19,437 bases of DNA from Octopus sinensis (taxonomy: Eukaryota): contig NW_021824182.1 in NCBI RefSeq assembly GCF_006345805.1, positions 1 through 19,437 on the forward strand, in the 5' to 3' direction. The translations under genes were made by a program, and so were the position numbers. Below are positions 1 through 9,608 of the stretch, piece by piece. Positions within the stretch are counted from its first letter, which is position 1. Every line of letters starts with the position of its first letter. The notes beneath the pieces are model-generated. The model was not told the origin of the DNA and did no database searches. It was given only the letters and a program-made list of their open reading frames with translations.

Positions 1-236
1 TGTATATGTGTGTGTGTGTCTGTATCTGTATGTGTCCCCCACAGCTGCTCGACAACCGGTGTCGGTGTGTTAACGGCCCCGTAACTTGGCGGTTCGGCAA
101 AACGGACTGGTGGAATAAATAAGTGCCAGGCTATAATAAAGTACACGATTGGTGGGAAACGGGTTCTATTCGTTCGATTAAAAATTTATGAAGGCGGTAC
201 TCCCAGCATGGTCCCGGTCTAATGACTGAAGCAAGC
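1..236 (+). mobile_element. tRNA-derived SINE family A, diverged 3' half (cut by window edge)
   Basis: Matches the 3' halves of copies at 17610-17800 and 18125-18330 (GACAACCG..GGTGTGT..CCCCGTAACTT.GCGGTTCGGCAAAA ... AAGGCGGT.C..CAGCATGG..C.GTCTAATGACTGAA). Confidence 0.8.
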
Positions 237-317
237 AAATGCTAAAAGATATTAACAAAATAAACAGAAGTGGAAATGGAAATATTTGAAAACATTTTTT
301 TTTAAATGCAAGTATGT

Positions 318-637
318 GGCCGCAGGAATGGCTGTGCGGTAAGTAGCTTGCTTACCAACGACATGGTTCTGGGTTCAGTCCCACTGCGTGGCACCTTGGG
401 CAAATGTCTTCTACTATAGCCTCGAGCCGACCAAAGCTTTGTGAGTGGATTTGGTAGACGGAAACTGAAAGAAGCCTGTTGTATATATGTTATATATATA
501 TGTGTGTGTGGTGTGTGTGTGTGTGTGCTTGACAACCGATGTTGGTGTGCTTACATCCCCGTAACTTAGCGGTTCGGCAAAAGAGACGGATAGGATAAGT
601 ACTGGGTTTACAAAGAATAAGTCCTGGGGTCGATTTG
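318..637 (+). mobile_element. tRNA-derived SINE family A, 3'-truncated
   Basis: A-box-like TGGCTGTGCGGT, B-box-like GGTTCAGTCCC, CORE-like CCTTGGGCAA and a central (TA)/(TG) tract. Homology to other copies stops after GGGGTCGATTTG, where the LINE begins. Confidence 0.85.
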
Positions 638-645
638 GGGTCGAT

Positions 646-3513
646 GAACAGACATTCCACAAATGCGTGCAAGACGGTTTCCCTGTCCTGCCCGCACCCC
701 GGACATGTCGGCGAGAAGGCACTTCCGTGCCTTGACAGTTTATCACGAACAGGTAACGCCGCACGGAAGCACTGCCAAGCCAGGGATTTCTGGTAATTGT
801 CCAGATACCCCGGCCCGAAAGTTCTCCGGAACAGGTTGATTAACTGATTTTCATTGTAGCCCAGGGTCTCCCCAAGGCGTCTTCAGACTTAACCTCCACT
901 AATCCACTATAGAAATCCGCGGTGGAACTCCTATTGCCGGCATTACCCGCCCGAGAGAGTAGCTGAAGTGCCTGGCGGCACTCCAGTGGTCCCCCAGCCT
1001 AGGTCTCTGCTTGATCCAATTACCAATGTCCGTTAAGGACGTTAATTGCGGAACGTGCGGTGACCACACCTGCTCTCCATCCAGGTAAAGCCAGAGGTGC
1101 CTCAACCTTAACGCGAATTTTCGCATCCTCAGCCAAGGCATCCCTAGCCCACCTTTTAGCGGTTTCTGGCAGCAGACAGAGCGCTTCACAAGTGGCTTTC
1201 CTCCCTTGCACAAGAAGTGGAAAAAGATTCTCTCCAGCTTGTTCAGCCACAAATCGAGGCAAGGCACCACGGTCAGACGGTAGGTGATAACCAATGCTAT
1301 AAACATCTGCACCACCTCCGCCTTTCCTAGCAAGGATAACGCCCGCCCAGACCAGGTCTGGGTTAGAGCAGTCACCTTGCTGGCCACCTCACTCCAATTT
1401 TTCTCTATCTGGAGGTCTGTCCTTGTTAACCTTCGCTCCTGCCACAGCCTCGTAACTTTTGATAGCCTCTTCCACCACTGGAAGCTGGCCCTCATCCCCC
1501 ACGATGATGGAGATGTCATCCGCATAAGCTGTAGCTCCTCTTCCACACCATAGATCATGCAGTGCGCCCCCTAGTGCCTCCAACTTCCGCAATAATGGCT
1601 CGAGAGACAGTACATACAAAAGCGGGGATAGGGGACACCCCTGACGCACTGAGCGCTCGATCCTGAATGGCTTCTAAAGGAAACCGTTCACTTTTACGAC
1701 GGACTCGATGTCGCTGTACAACGCAGCAATCCAACCGCGGAAGGTCGGGCCCAGGTTAGCCTTCACGAGGACCGCCGCCAAATACCGATGGTCGACCCTA
1801 TCGAATGCCTCAGACTGGTCTAAATGTACCAGTGCCCCCCACCCTGCGTCAGAAAGCTTCCCCACCCTCTCTAAGGAGTAGCGTACAAGGTGGAGATTGT
1901 CGTGGATCGTCCTGCCCGAGATAGCGTACGTTTGCGCTTCCCCGATAAGTTTGTCCACGACCCGCGCCAACCTTTTTGCTAGCACTTTGGCCAAAATCTT
2001 TAACTCTGTGTTCAGCTGAGTTATGGGCTTGAAGTTCCCTATCTCGTCCCCCTTGCTCGGGTCCTTCGTGATCAACGTCACCACCTCCCGCCTCGCAGAC
2101 TTGGGAATTCTCCCATTCTGCTGCCAATTGACGTAGACGCTGGCCAGCAGGTGCCCGAACAAGTCTGGCATAGTTTTGTAAAATTCATAAGGCAGACCAT
2201 AGAGACCCGGCGACTTCTCCCCGGGGCATTCGCCCAGTACCTCGATTACCTCCTCGGCCGTGATTGGCCCTTCACAGCACTCAGCCTCTCGTGCCAAGAG
2301 ACACGGGCCGCCAGACATGAAGTCCTTAAGGGCCGCGCCATGATCTAGCGCCCCGCCACTCCAAACAACTCGGCAAAGTGCTTGTGAATTGTCTCACACA
2401 TCTCGTCCCGTCCATCCACCGAACTCCCATTGTCATCCACGAGAGACCTAATTGTGGCAGCATTTCCACGCTGGGTTTCTACCGTACGGCCCCATCCGGC
2501 AACATTAATTCCCTCGCGGCCCAATGCGCGCACTTTAGCCCGAACTCTGCACCCCTCATGTTTGGCTTTGAGGTGACGGTCCAAGGCCGTTCTCGCTGCC
2601 AAAATGTGAGAAGCAGAGCCCAACCTCAACGCCTCCTCTAGGTCCTTAACTAATTGCCCTTCTATTCTGACCTTATCTAGTCTTTGCTGACGGCTAAACC
2701 TAATACACTCAAAACGAATGGCTCTCTTCAGGGTGAACCACCGCGCCGGTTAACGCCCTCTGTACTAATTCCTCAATCCGGCTACGGTATGCCTCGCAAG
2801 TCAAAATAGACTTGTTCAGCTTCCAGTAGCCGGATCCTCTCTTAACTGTACTATCTATGTTCAGTCTACACTTAACCATTCTATGGTCAGTGTATGCTAC
2901 TTGGACAAGCTGTGGTCAGATAAAACTAGACTTATCTCCATTTCTTATCACTATCCTATCTAAATAGGACTTGAACCTTCCGTCGCCACTCATCCAGGTC
3001 CACTCTGAAACCGCTTGAGCAGATCCACGAGACGTGAGTTTACTTTCCTATAGATCGAGCCAATGCTATCGATGCGCGCATCAACAATAGCGTTATAGTC
3101 ACCTAACACCACTAATGTCTTCGACGTCACGAGAATGTTCTCTTGGCGCCGATAAAAATCAGTTTGAAATCTTCTAGCACAAGATGCATAGTTCCCGATG
3201 AATCTGAAGGCCTTACTGCTGTATGTCACATCAAGGACCCACCTTCTGGGTCTACATAGACTGTACTTGTCTGCAGAGCCAAGCCTTTTCGAACCAGTAC
3301 TACTACACCCCCTCGCCCTCCGGTCTGGCTAGGAAACATGATTTTCTCATAGTCATTCAGGAGGGGCGAGAAGGCTTGTAGACTGTCCAGCTTGGTTTCT
3401 GTAGCAACCATCACATGCATATCATGTGATCTGAGGTCGTCGAGGAAACAAGCTTGCTTCCACTTCGAGCTCAGACAACGCACATTCAAACACCCAAGGT
3501 TAAGTGCAGTCAT
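646..3513 (-). pseudogene. ORF2 (APE endonuclease, reverse transcriptase, zinc knuckle), multiply frameshifted
   Basis: APE motifs: LNVRCL...ATETKL (3513-3226), VLGDYNA, SYLDRI, YTDH (~2884-2895) and GYWKLN (~2813-2830). RT motifs: KSPGLYGLPYEFYK, NFKPITQLNTELKILAKVLAKRL, LDQSEAFDRVDH, RQGCPLSP and YADD. KGGLG motif. C-terminal CPGCGQDRETVLHAFVEC (CX2CX8HX4C) at 705-652. Confidence 0.92.
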
Positions 3514-3538
3514 TTAAAACAACAGAAAAGCAAGGGTT

Positions 3539-4319
3539 CTACTTACTCTTTGAATTTTCTTTTAATTGTGATGCAGGGGCTGACCTCACCACTCGTGAGG
3601 CAGTCCTTTCCTCCTGCTCCTTCAAAAACACCTTCAAATACCGCGTAAGGTCCGGGATGTTCGTGATGGTCCTCGGATGTCTACCCTTCATTTCATTATA
3701 CAATCTTTCTGATATCCACGCACATATCTCTTCCGTGCCTTCGGGCTGCTGCAACCGCTCCACGGTGTGGTACTTTTTAAAAATGTCCATAATATATTTA
3801 TCCCTGGTATCAAACTTTACCAGGGTTTTTGTTCCGTCTTTGTTCTTTTTTATTTTCTCTTCTGGGACAGTGAAGCGGGATCTTTTTTTCTCTGTGGTGT
3901 GTGTTTTATATCGGACGCGTGCTGTTCTCCTTCATTTTTAGAGGACTCACTGAGTGCTCTTGGGCTTTTTCGGCCGTCTCGAATCTGGTCTCTATTGTTC
4001 CATATGCCCGGCCCCTCGCTATGTATCTTATATCTTTCCATATAGGGGCCAGGCATTTTTCTATTTCGCACTTTTCGAAGTGCTTGAATTTCTTCGATGA
4101 AGGACAGTACGTTTTGTAAACGAGTGTCCTTCTCTTCTGATTGTCAACACTAGGGGAGGGTGAGATCATTATATTCCCACCCTCTTTCATTCTCTCAAAA
4201 AGCTCGGAGAGCTTCTCTATTTCAATTATAATATCTTTTGAAGACACAGCGGCTACTGCCGCGAACTTTTATGCTGGCTCATGCAGCTGGTTCTTTTCTT
4301 GGATTATTTCGACCGACAT
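3539..4319 (-). pseudogene. ORF1 of the Tx1-like element, disrupted
   Basis: ATG at 4319 is in frame with ORF 3906-4247 through one premature TAA (MSVEIIQEKNQLHEPA*KFAAVAAVSSKD...). It continues through frameshifted pieces to the stop at 3539, just before the ORF2 ATG at 3513. Confidence 0.7.
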
Positions 4320-4350
4320 ATTCGTTCGAAATAAATAAAACAATTTAATT

Positions 4351-4750
4351 CCAGAAAAAGGGAAACCTATAATTTTTTACTTTTTTTCCTTCTTAACGAG
4401 GACAACAGTTCAAATCCCACCCCTACTCGGGGGTGAGACGTAGCAACAAAGCCTGTAACGTTCGAAATTAATAATTTTTTTCACACAATAATAAAATATA
4501 GAATCCCAAAAAACAGAAAACCTATAATATTTTTTTCCTCACAACGAGGACAACAGTTCAAATCTCGTCCACGCTAGTGGTGGATGTCACAATAGAGCCT
4601 ACAACGGCTAAAATTTAATTTTTCTAGCAATAATAAATTGCTTATGCCAAAAAACGGGAAACCTATAATATTTTTTCCTCTTAATGAGGATAACAGTTTA
4701 AATGCCACCCTCGCTGGGTGGGGGGCACGACAATAAAGCCTACAACGGCT
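4351..4750. repeat. Three diverged tandem monomers in the LINE 5' UTR
   Basis: The block CCAAAAAACGGGAAACCTATAAT..TTTTTCCTC..AACGAGGACAACAGTTCAAAT..CCAC..GTG..AAAGCCTACAACGG recurs from about 4351, 4506 and 4647 (periods ~155 and ~141 bp). Confidence 0.85.
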
Positions 4751-4982
4751 TTAATAAGTTCAATATTAATAATATTAATAGTTCAATATTAATAATTTCA
4801 ATATTTCAACAATTACTTTCTCCCGTCACCGGGGAAAAGTACAAAAAGTTTTCAAAGTTCAACAATATTTAACATTTCGCAAATATTCAACAATAGACAA
4901 CAATTCCAATAGAAAAAATTATCCACGTGCAACAAAACGTTTGACTCACCGCCAAAAAGAAAAAGGTCTGTCTACGACAAAA

Positions 4983-5019
4983 GTAAGCAAGCTATTTACC
5001 ACACAGCCACTCCTGTGCC
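4983..5019 (-). mobile_element. Isolated 5' head (37 nt) of SINE family A abutting the LINE 5' end
   Basis: Minus strand reads GGCACAGGAGTGGCTGTGTGGTAAATAGCTTGCTTAC, matching the heads at 318, 6499 and 12653. It then switches abruptly to LINE sequence. Confidence 0.85.
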
Positions 5020-5264
5020 TATATATATTTTATATTTTAAACTTTTTAGTTTTTGTATCTGGTTTGCGAGATTCTTTATGTGAATTCGTGTGTTGAAACA
5101 AATTTTGCTTTGCCAGTGTAATTAACACACGCACTGGTTCAGTTCCACTAATTTATTAAATATCCGATTGTTTTGTTTTAGTTTGTCAAATATCTTTCCT
5201 TGCTTCTTGCAAACTTTTCAGTGACTTAGTCCGTTATAGAGGCCGCGTTTGTTTGAGATTTTGT

Positions 5265-5700
5265 TGCGTGCGTGCGTGTGAGTGCGTGCCAGCGGGCGAG
5301 TGTGCTTGTGTATGTATGTATGTATGTATGTATGTGTGAGTGTATTCTGCATATTCATGTGTTTGTGTGTGTGTATGTGCGTCCTTGCGTGTTTGTGTAT
5401 GTATGGGTGTGTGTTCGTGTGTGCCTATGCGTATGAGTTTGTGTGAGTATGCACGTGCGCCTGTTGTGTATACACGTGTGTCTATATGAGTTTTTATGTG
5501 TTTGCGTGTGTTTAGAGTGTGTGTGTATACATGACCATGTGTTTTTGTTTCCTTAGGTGTGTGTGTGTGTGCGTGCACGCACTTTCTGTCCGTATTACCT
5601 ATGTACCTACCTACCTACCTACCTGTCTGTCTGTCTGTCTGTCTGCCCGCCTACCTACCTACCTACTTACCTCTTTACCTATTTACCTACTTGACTGTCT
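5265..5700. repeat. Degenerate (TG)n/(TATG)n followed by (ACCT)n/(GTCT)n microsatellites
   Basis: Direct inspection. Confidence 0.9.
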
Positions 5701-5749
5701 ACTCACAAATGTACCCATATACGTATACCCTGCGGCATTGGGCTATCAC

Positions 5750-5970
5750 TACCTTATACATGTATTTCCTATTTATTACGGGTAACGTTTCCTTTATGAG
5801 TATGTACTCTTGTATTTGTCTAAGTGATGGGTCCTTCGGGTGCTTGGACAAAATGCGGATGTCAGTTCGGCCCATCGTGTGGCCGTGTTGTTCTTTGGCA
5901 TATTGAGGACTGTTTCTTGTCATTATATTCCCTCCAGTGCTTTGTTTAGTTTCTTCGCTATACTCCTAGA
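5750..5970 (-). pseudogene. Fragment of a Penelope-type GIY-YIG endonuclease domain (C-terminal half)
   Basis: Across frameshifts it reads SSRSIAKKLN/KHWREYNDKKQSSI/AKEQHGHTMGRTDIRILSKHPKDPSLRQIQEYILIKETLPVINRK. This fits the GET.R....R..EH...S...H...H...IL.....R.I.E...I....P.lN pattern. Confidence 0.6.
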
Positions 5971-6436
5971 GGACCGCTACTGACGTTTATAGCCCCAGGA
6001 AAACATCTCTTCTAGCTGGCTAACAACACACATTCTGTGTCCGATTAGTATTTGCGAGGGGAGGTCATCGCTCCCATCTCTAGCCTTACGTGAAACACGT
6101 ACTCGAGTTTCTGGGTGGTTACTCGTCCTCAGCGTGTGTTAATCACCAGCTAGTGATGAAAACTCATTTCACTCGCAACATACTATATGCTTTTTTCCAG
6201 AGACAAACTGTCGCGGATCTCGAAAAAGGAGAAATAAGTTATATTAAATCTCTAAGCGAGATGTAAACAGTAGCAATAAAAAATTGTAACATATGACTCG
6301 AGTCCGTGTGTGTCACGTAATGTCAGAGATGGGAGCGATGACCTCCCCTCGCAAATACTAATCGGACACAGAATGTGTGTCGTTAGCCAGCTGGAAGAGA
6401 TATCTTCCTGGGGCTATAAACCTCAGTAGCAGTCTT
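5970..6436. repeat. Fold-back element: ~140-bp inverted arms around a ~190-bp spacer
   Basis: 5970-6108 is the reverse complement of 6296-6436 at roughly 90% identity, including a perfect run of more than 50 nt. No clear TSD. Confidence 0.9.
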
Positions 6437-6498
6437 GTATAGGACGTCACACTTGGTTGACCATGATACGTATGCATATATATATATATGTATGTATA

Positions 6499-6660
6499 GG
6501 CGTAGGAGTGGCTGTGTGGTATGTAGCTCGCTTACAAACCACAAGGTTCCGGGTTCAGTCCCACTATGTGACACCTTGGGCAAGTGTCTTCTACTATAGC
6601 CTCGGGTCGACCAAAAGCCTTGTGAGTGGATTTGGTAAAAGGAACTGAAAGAAGCCCGTC

Positions 6661-6662
<2 letters not shown>
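6499..6662 (+). mobile_element. SINE family A, 5' half only
   Basis: GGCGTAGGAGTGGCTGTGTGGT...GGTTCAGTCCC...CCTTGGGCAAG...GAAGCCCGTCGT, running into a (TA)n tract. Confidence 0.85.
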
Positions 6663-6703
<41 letters not shown>

Positions 6704-6707
6704 CATA

Positions 6708-6753
<46 letters not shown>

Positions 6754-6831
6754 CATATATATATATATATATATACATACATATATGTATATATATATAT
6801 ACATACATACATATATGTATATATATATATA

Positions 6832-6894
<63 letters not shown>

Positions 6895-6930
6895 TGTGTG
6901 TGTGTGTGTTGTGTGTGTGTGTGTGTGTTT
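6663..6930. repeat. Compound (TA)n/(TACA)n/(TG)n microsatellite
   Basis: Direct inspection. It lies at the internal microsatellite position of SINE A. Confidence 0.95.
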
Positions 6931-7009
6931 GTGTTTATTAATTTGTGTTGAAAGATGTGAAATCGTGTGATGAAACAGATATTGTTGTATTTCTGAACGA
7001 AAAGTGCTT

Positions 7010-7043
7010 CTGAAGAGGTCACAGATGTGTGACGAAAGATTTC
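7010..7043 (+). ncRNA. Degenerate minimal hammerhead-ribozyme-like core
   Basis: CTGAAGA-G-GTCACA-gatg-TGTGAC-GAAA-GATT-TC has both catalytic boxes and a perfect 6-bp stem II. There is one unpaired extra G, and stem I is not convincingly paired. Confidence 0.4.
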
Positions 7044-7415
7044 CGGACAATGGACATCGGTTAGAATAAGAACAGTAATAAACAAGTGAAGAACAAGCAT
7101 ATAGTGCGCGTGTTTAGTTAGCAAAATACGAGAATATCTATATGTATGTGTATGTGTTTGTTTACATGTGTGTATATATTTTTATACGTTCAGGTATATG
7201 TCTATGTGCCAGTCTGTGTATCTGTGTATATGTGTGTGTATTACTGTTTCAGTATATGTATGCTCTAGTGTGTGTGTGTGTGTGGTATGTATGGACCTAA
7301 CAATTTAAACACAATAAACATGAGCAACAATATCAGCAACTATGAACTATTATTTCAGCTGCTGCTACTACCATGAAATGTTCGAAAACAACAAAATAAA
7401 ACCAAATATTGAAAG

Positions 7416-7538
7416 TGAGAGAGAGAGAGAGAAAGAAAAGGAAAGAGTGAGAGAGAGAGAAAGAGAGAAAGAAAAGGAAAGAGGGAGAGAGAGAGAGAAA
7501 GAAAAGAAAAGAAAGAGAGAGAGAGAGAAGAGGGAGAC
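7416..7538. repeat. (GA)n/GAAAAG polypurine tract
   Basis: Direct inspection. Confidence 0.9.
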
Positions 7539-7704
7539 GTAGACAGGTAAATTCCGTTCTTAAGTTGCCCGGTCAGGTTGAATTATTTCATTTCATTTCA
7601 TGTTTCTTTCATTGAACGAAAGACGACAAGGTGGACCTCTAACGATACATAGCAAAACAGGTAAGCAACACTCTATAGCTACGCTACTACTAGTATATAT
7701 ATAT

Positions 7705-7738
<34 letters not shown>

Positions 7739-8021
7739 ACTTATACAACTTATAAATTTAACTTTTTAAGGGAATTTTTTTAATATGCTGGCCATTGATA
7801 AAATTTTTTCGAAAATTGTATCCTATGTTAGATGTAAATTTAATATATATATATTATGCATGCAATTATGTATGTATGTATGTATGTATATAAAACATAC
7901 ATATTCGTACATACATACATACGTTTATATATATATATATATATATCACTTTTTGCTTTATGTGACTATCAATATATATAATTATATATGTAGATATATA
8001 TGCATGAATATATATATATAT

Positions 8022-8072
<51 letters not shown>

Positions 8073-8089
8073 ATGTATATTCATGAATA

Positions 8090-8909
8090 GGATCTTTTCG
8101 GTTTGAACGGCAGTTTTTTTCTAGCGGTGTCATATGAAATTGTCACCCATAATTATGACCCTAGAAACGATCTATTGCAGTTCAATCTCTTTTAGGGTTA
8201 GGGTTGGTTAGGGGTGGGGGAAGAGTATCTTTTTTTTTCTTCACAAATGTAAATAAACCCAATCTGTTTCTTAAACGAGGGACATATTCATACGACGTGG
8301 AGGCGCAATGGCCGAGTGGTTAGGGCAGCGGACTCGCGCTCATAGGATCGCGGTTTCGATTCCCAGACCGGGCGTTGTGAGTGTTTATTGAGCGAAAACA
8401 CCTAAAGCTCCACGAGGCTCCGGCAGAGGATGGTGGTGATCCCTGTTGTACTCTTTCACCACAACTTTCTCTCACTCTTACTTCCTGTTTCTGTTGTACC
8501 TGTATTTCAAAGGACCGGCCTTGTCACTCTCTGTGTCACGCTGAATATCCCCGAGAACTACGTTAAGGGTACACGTGTCTGTGGAGTGCTCAGCCACTTA
8601 CACGTTAATTTCACGAGCAGGCTGTTCCGTTGATTCGGATCAACCGGTACCCTCGTCGTCGTAACCGACGGAGTGCTTCCATCATTCATACGACACAGAA
8701 TACTTTTTAACTCAATAGACGTCACTGATTGGTTGAAATTGCAGAAATTGTAGAAATAAACAACAAATATCTTACAAACTATAGAATTTTGTCAATAGAG
8801 CCAAGAAAAAAAGATGATTCATAAACACTTTCTACCAGTATACGAAGTTTAAAATTTTTTAGTTACCTAGAAATTATGTTAAAAACTGCCGTTCAAACCG
8901 AAAAGATCC
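8090..8909. mobile_element. Non-autonomous DNA transposon (MITE) with GGATC...GATCC termini and 8-bp TSD; contains a SINE
   Basis: Perfect 29-bp TIR GGATCTTTTCGGTTTGAACGGCAGTTTTT / AAAAACTGCCGTTCAAACCGAAAAGATCC. TSD CATGAATA at 8082-8089 and 8910-8917. Confidence 0.92.
8297..8683 (+). mobile_element. tRNA-derived SINE family C, full length and young
   Basis: A box TGGCCGAGTGG and B box GTTTCGATTCC. TSD ATTCATACGAC at 8286-8296 and 8684-8694. About 96% identical by manual count to 14786-15174. Confidence 0.92.
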
Positions 8910-8976
8910 CATGAATATGCATACATATATATGTGTTTTTATTGGCTAAACTGGCAAAATGACCATTCCGAAATAT

Positions 8977-9016
<40 letters not shown>

Positions 9017-9188
9017 TATATATGTATACATATACATGAATATATATATATATATATTACGGAGATGTACTCGCATAGCAAGTAATTTGATCTGAGATCG
9101 TGTGCTATACACATATATATATATAGTTGAATTTATAGAGAGAGGGGAGAGGGAGGGGAGAAAGAGAGAGGGTTTGTGGTCATATATT

Positions 9189-9400
9189 TTTTTACTCTAA
9201 GCACAAGGCCCGCAATTTTTGGGAGGGGGCCAGTCAATTAGGTCGACCCCAGTACGCAAACCGGTACTTAATTTATCGACCCCAAAAGGATGAAAGGCAA
9301 AGTCGACTTCGGCGGAATTTGAACTCAGAACGTAAAGAGAGATGAAATACCTCTAAGCATTTCGCCCGGCGTGCGAACGTTTCTGCCAGATCGACGCATT
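9189..9400 (-). mobile_element. tRNA-derived SINE family B (MetaSINE-like central domain)
   Basis: Minus strand has CTGGCAGAAACG, B box GAGTTCAAATTCC and GCCTTTCATCCTTTTGGGGTCGATAAATTAAGTACC. TSD TTT(G/A)TGGTCATATATT at 9173-9188 and 9401-9416. Confidence 0.85.
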
Positions 9401-9566
9401 TTTATGGTCATATATTGTCTTTTATCCGATGGATTATTGTCTTCTCCGCAAAATGCGATCATTCTTCGCGTCATACGTTTCTCTTCACAGACACAGATAT
9501 AACACACATGTACATCTAGCTATATATCTAACTCGCTCTCACACTGTCACTCTCTCCCACTTTCTC

Positions 9567-9605
<39 letters not shown>

Positions 9606-9608
9606 GTA

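Larger units (their letters stand above)
638..4982 (-). mobile_element. Degenerate Tx1-like (L1 clade) non-LTR retrotransposon; 5' UTR present, 3' end deleted
   Basis: Order on the minus strand is 5' UTR, ORF1, 25-nt spacer, ORF2 (APE-RT-CCHC). It is GC-richer than the flanks. No 3' UTR, poly(A) or TSD is visible. Confidence 0.9.

Noticed and set aside
1060-4338. Plus-strand ORFs over the LINE
   Set aside because: Antisense shadows of ORF1/ORF2 with no recognisable motifs.
4395-4740. HDV-like ribozyme suggested by TCCTCGT (minus) and CCTCGCTGG (plus)
   Set aside because: I could not build P1, P1.1 and P2 of the double pseudoknot on either strand.
4966-4982. GTCTACGAC resembling the start of 5S rRNA at the LINE 5' end
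   Set aside because: Only 9 nt match, and no further 5S sequence follows.
7540-7666. Possible exon ending at CAG|GTAAGC (~7658-7666)
   Set aside because: No convincing acceptor or recognisable peptide. It cannot be supported without transcript data.
8297-8375. Possible tRNA gene (also 14786 and the family A/B heads)
   Set aside because: A and B boxes are present but the cloverleaf is incomplete. Each continues into a SINE body, and several have TSDs.
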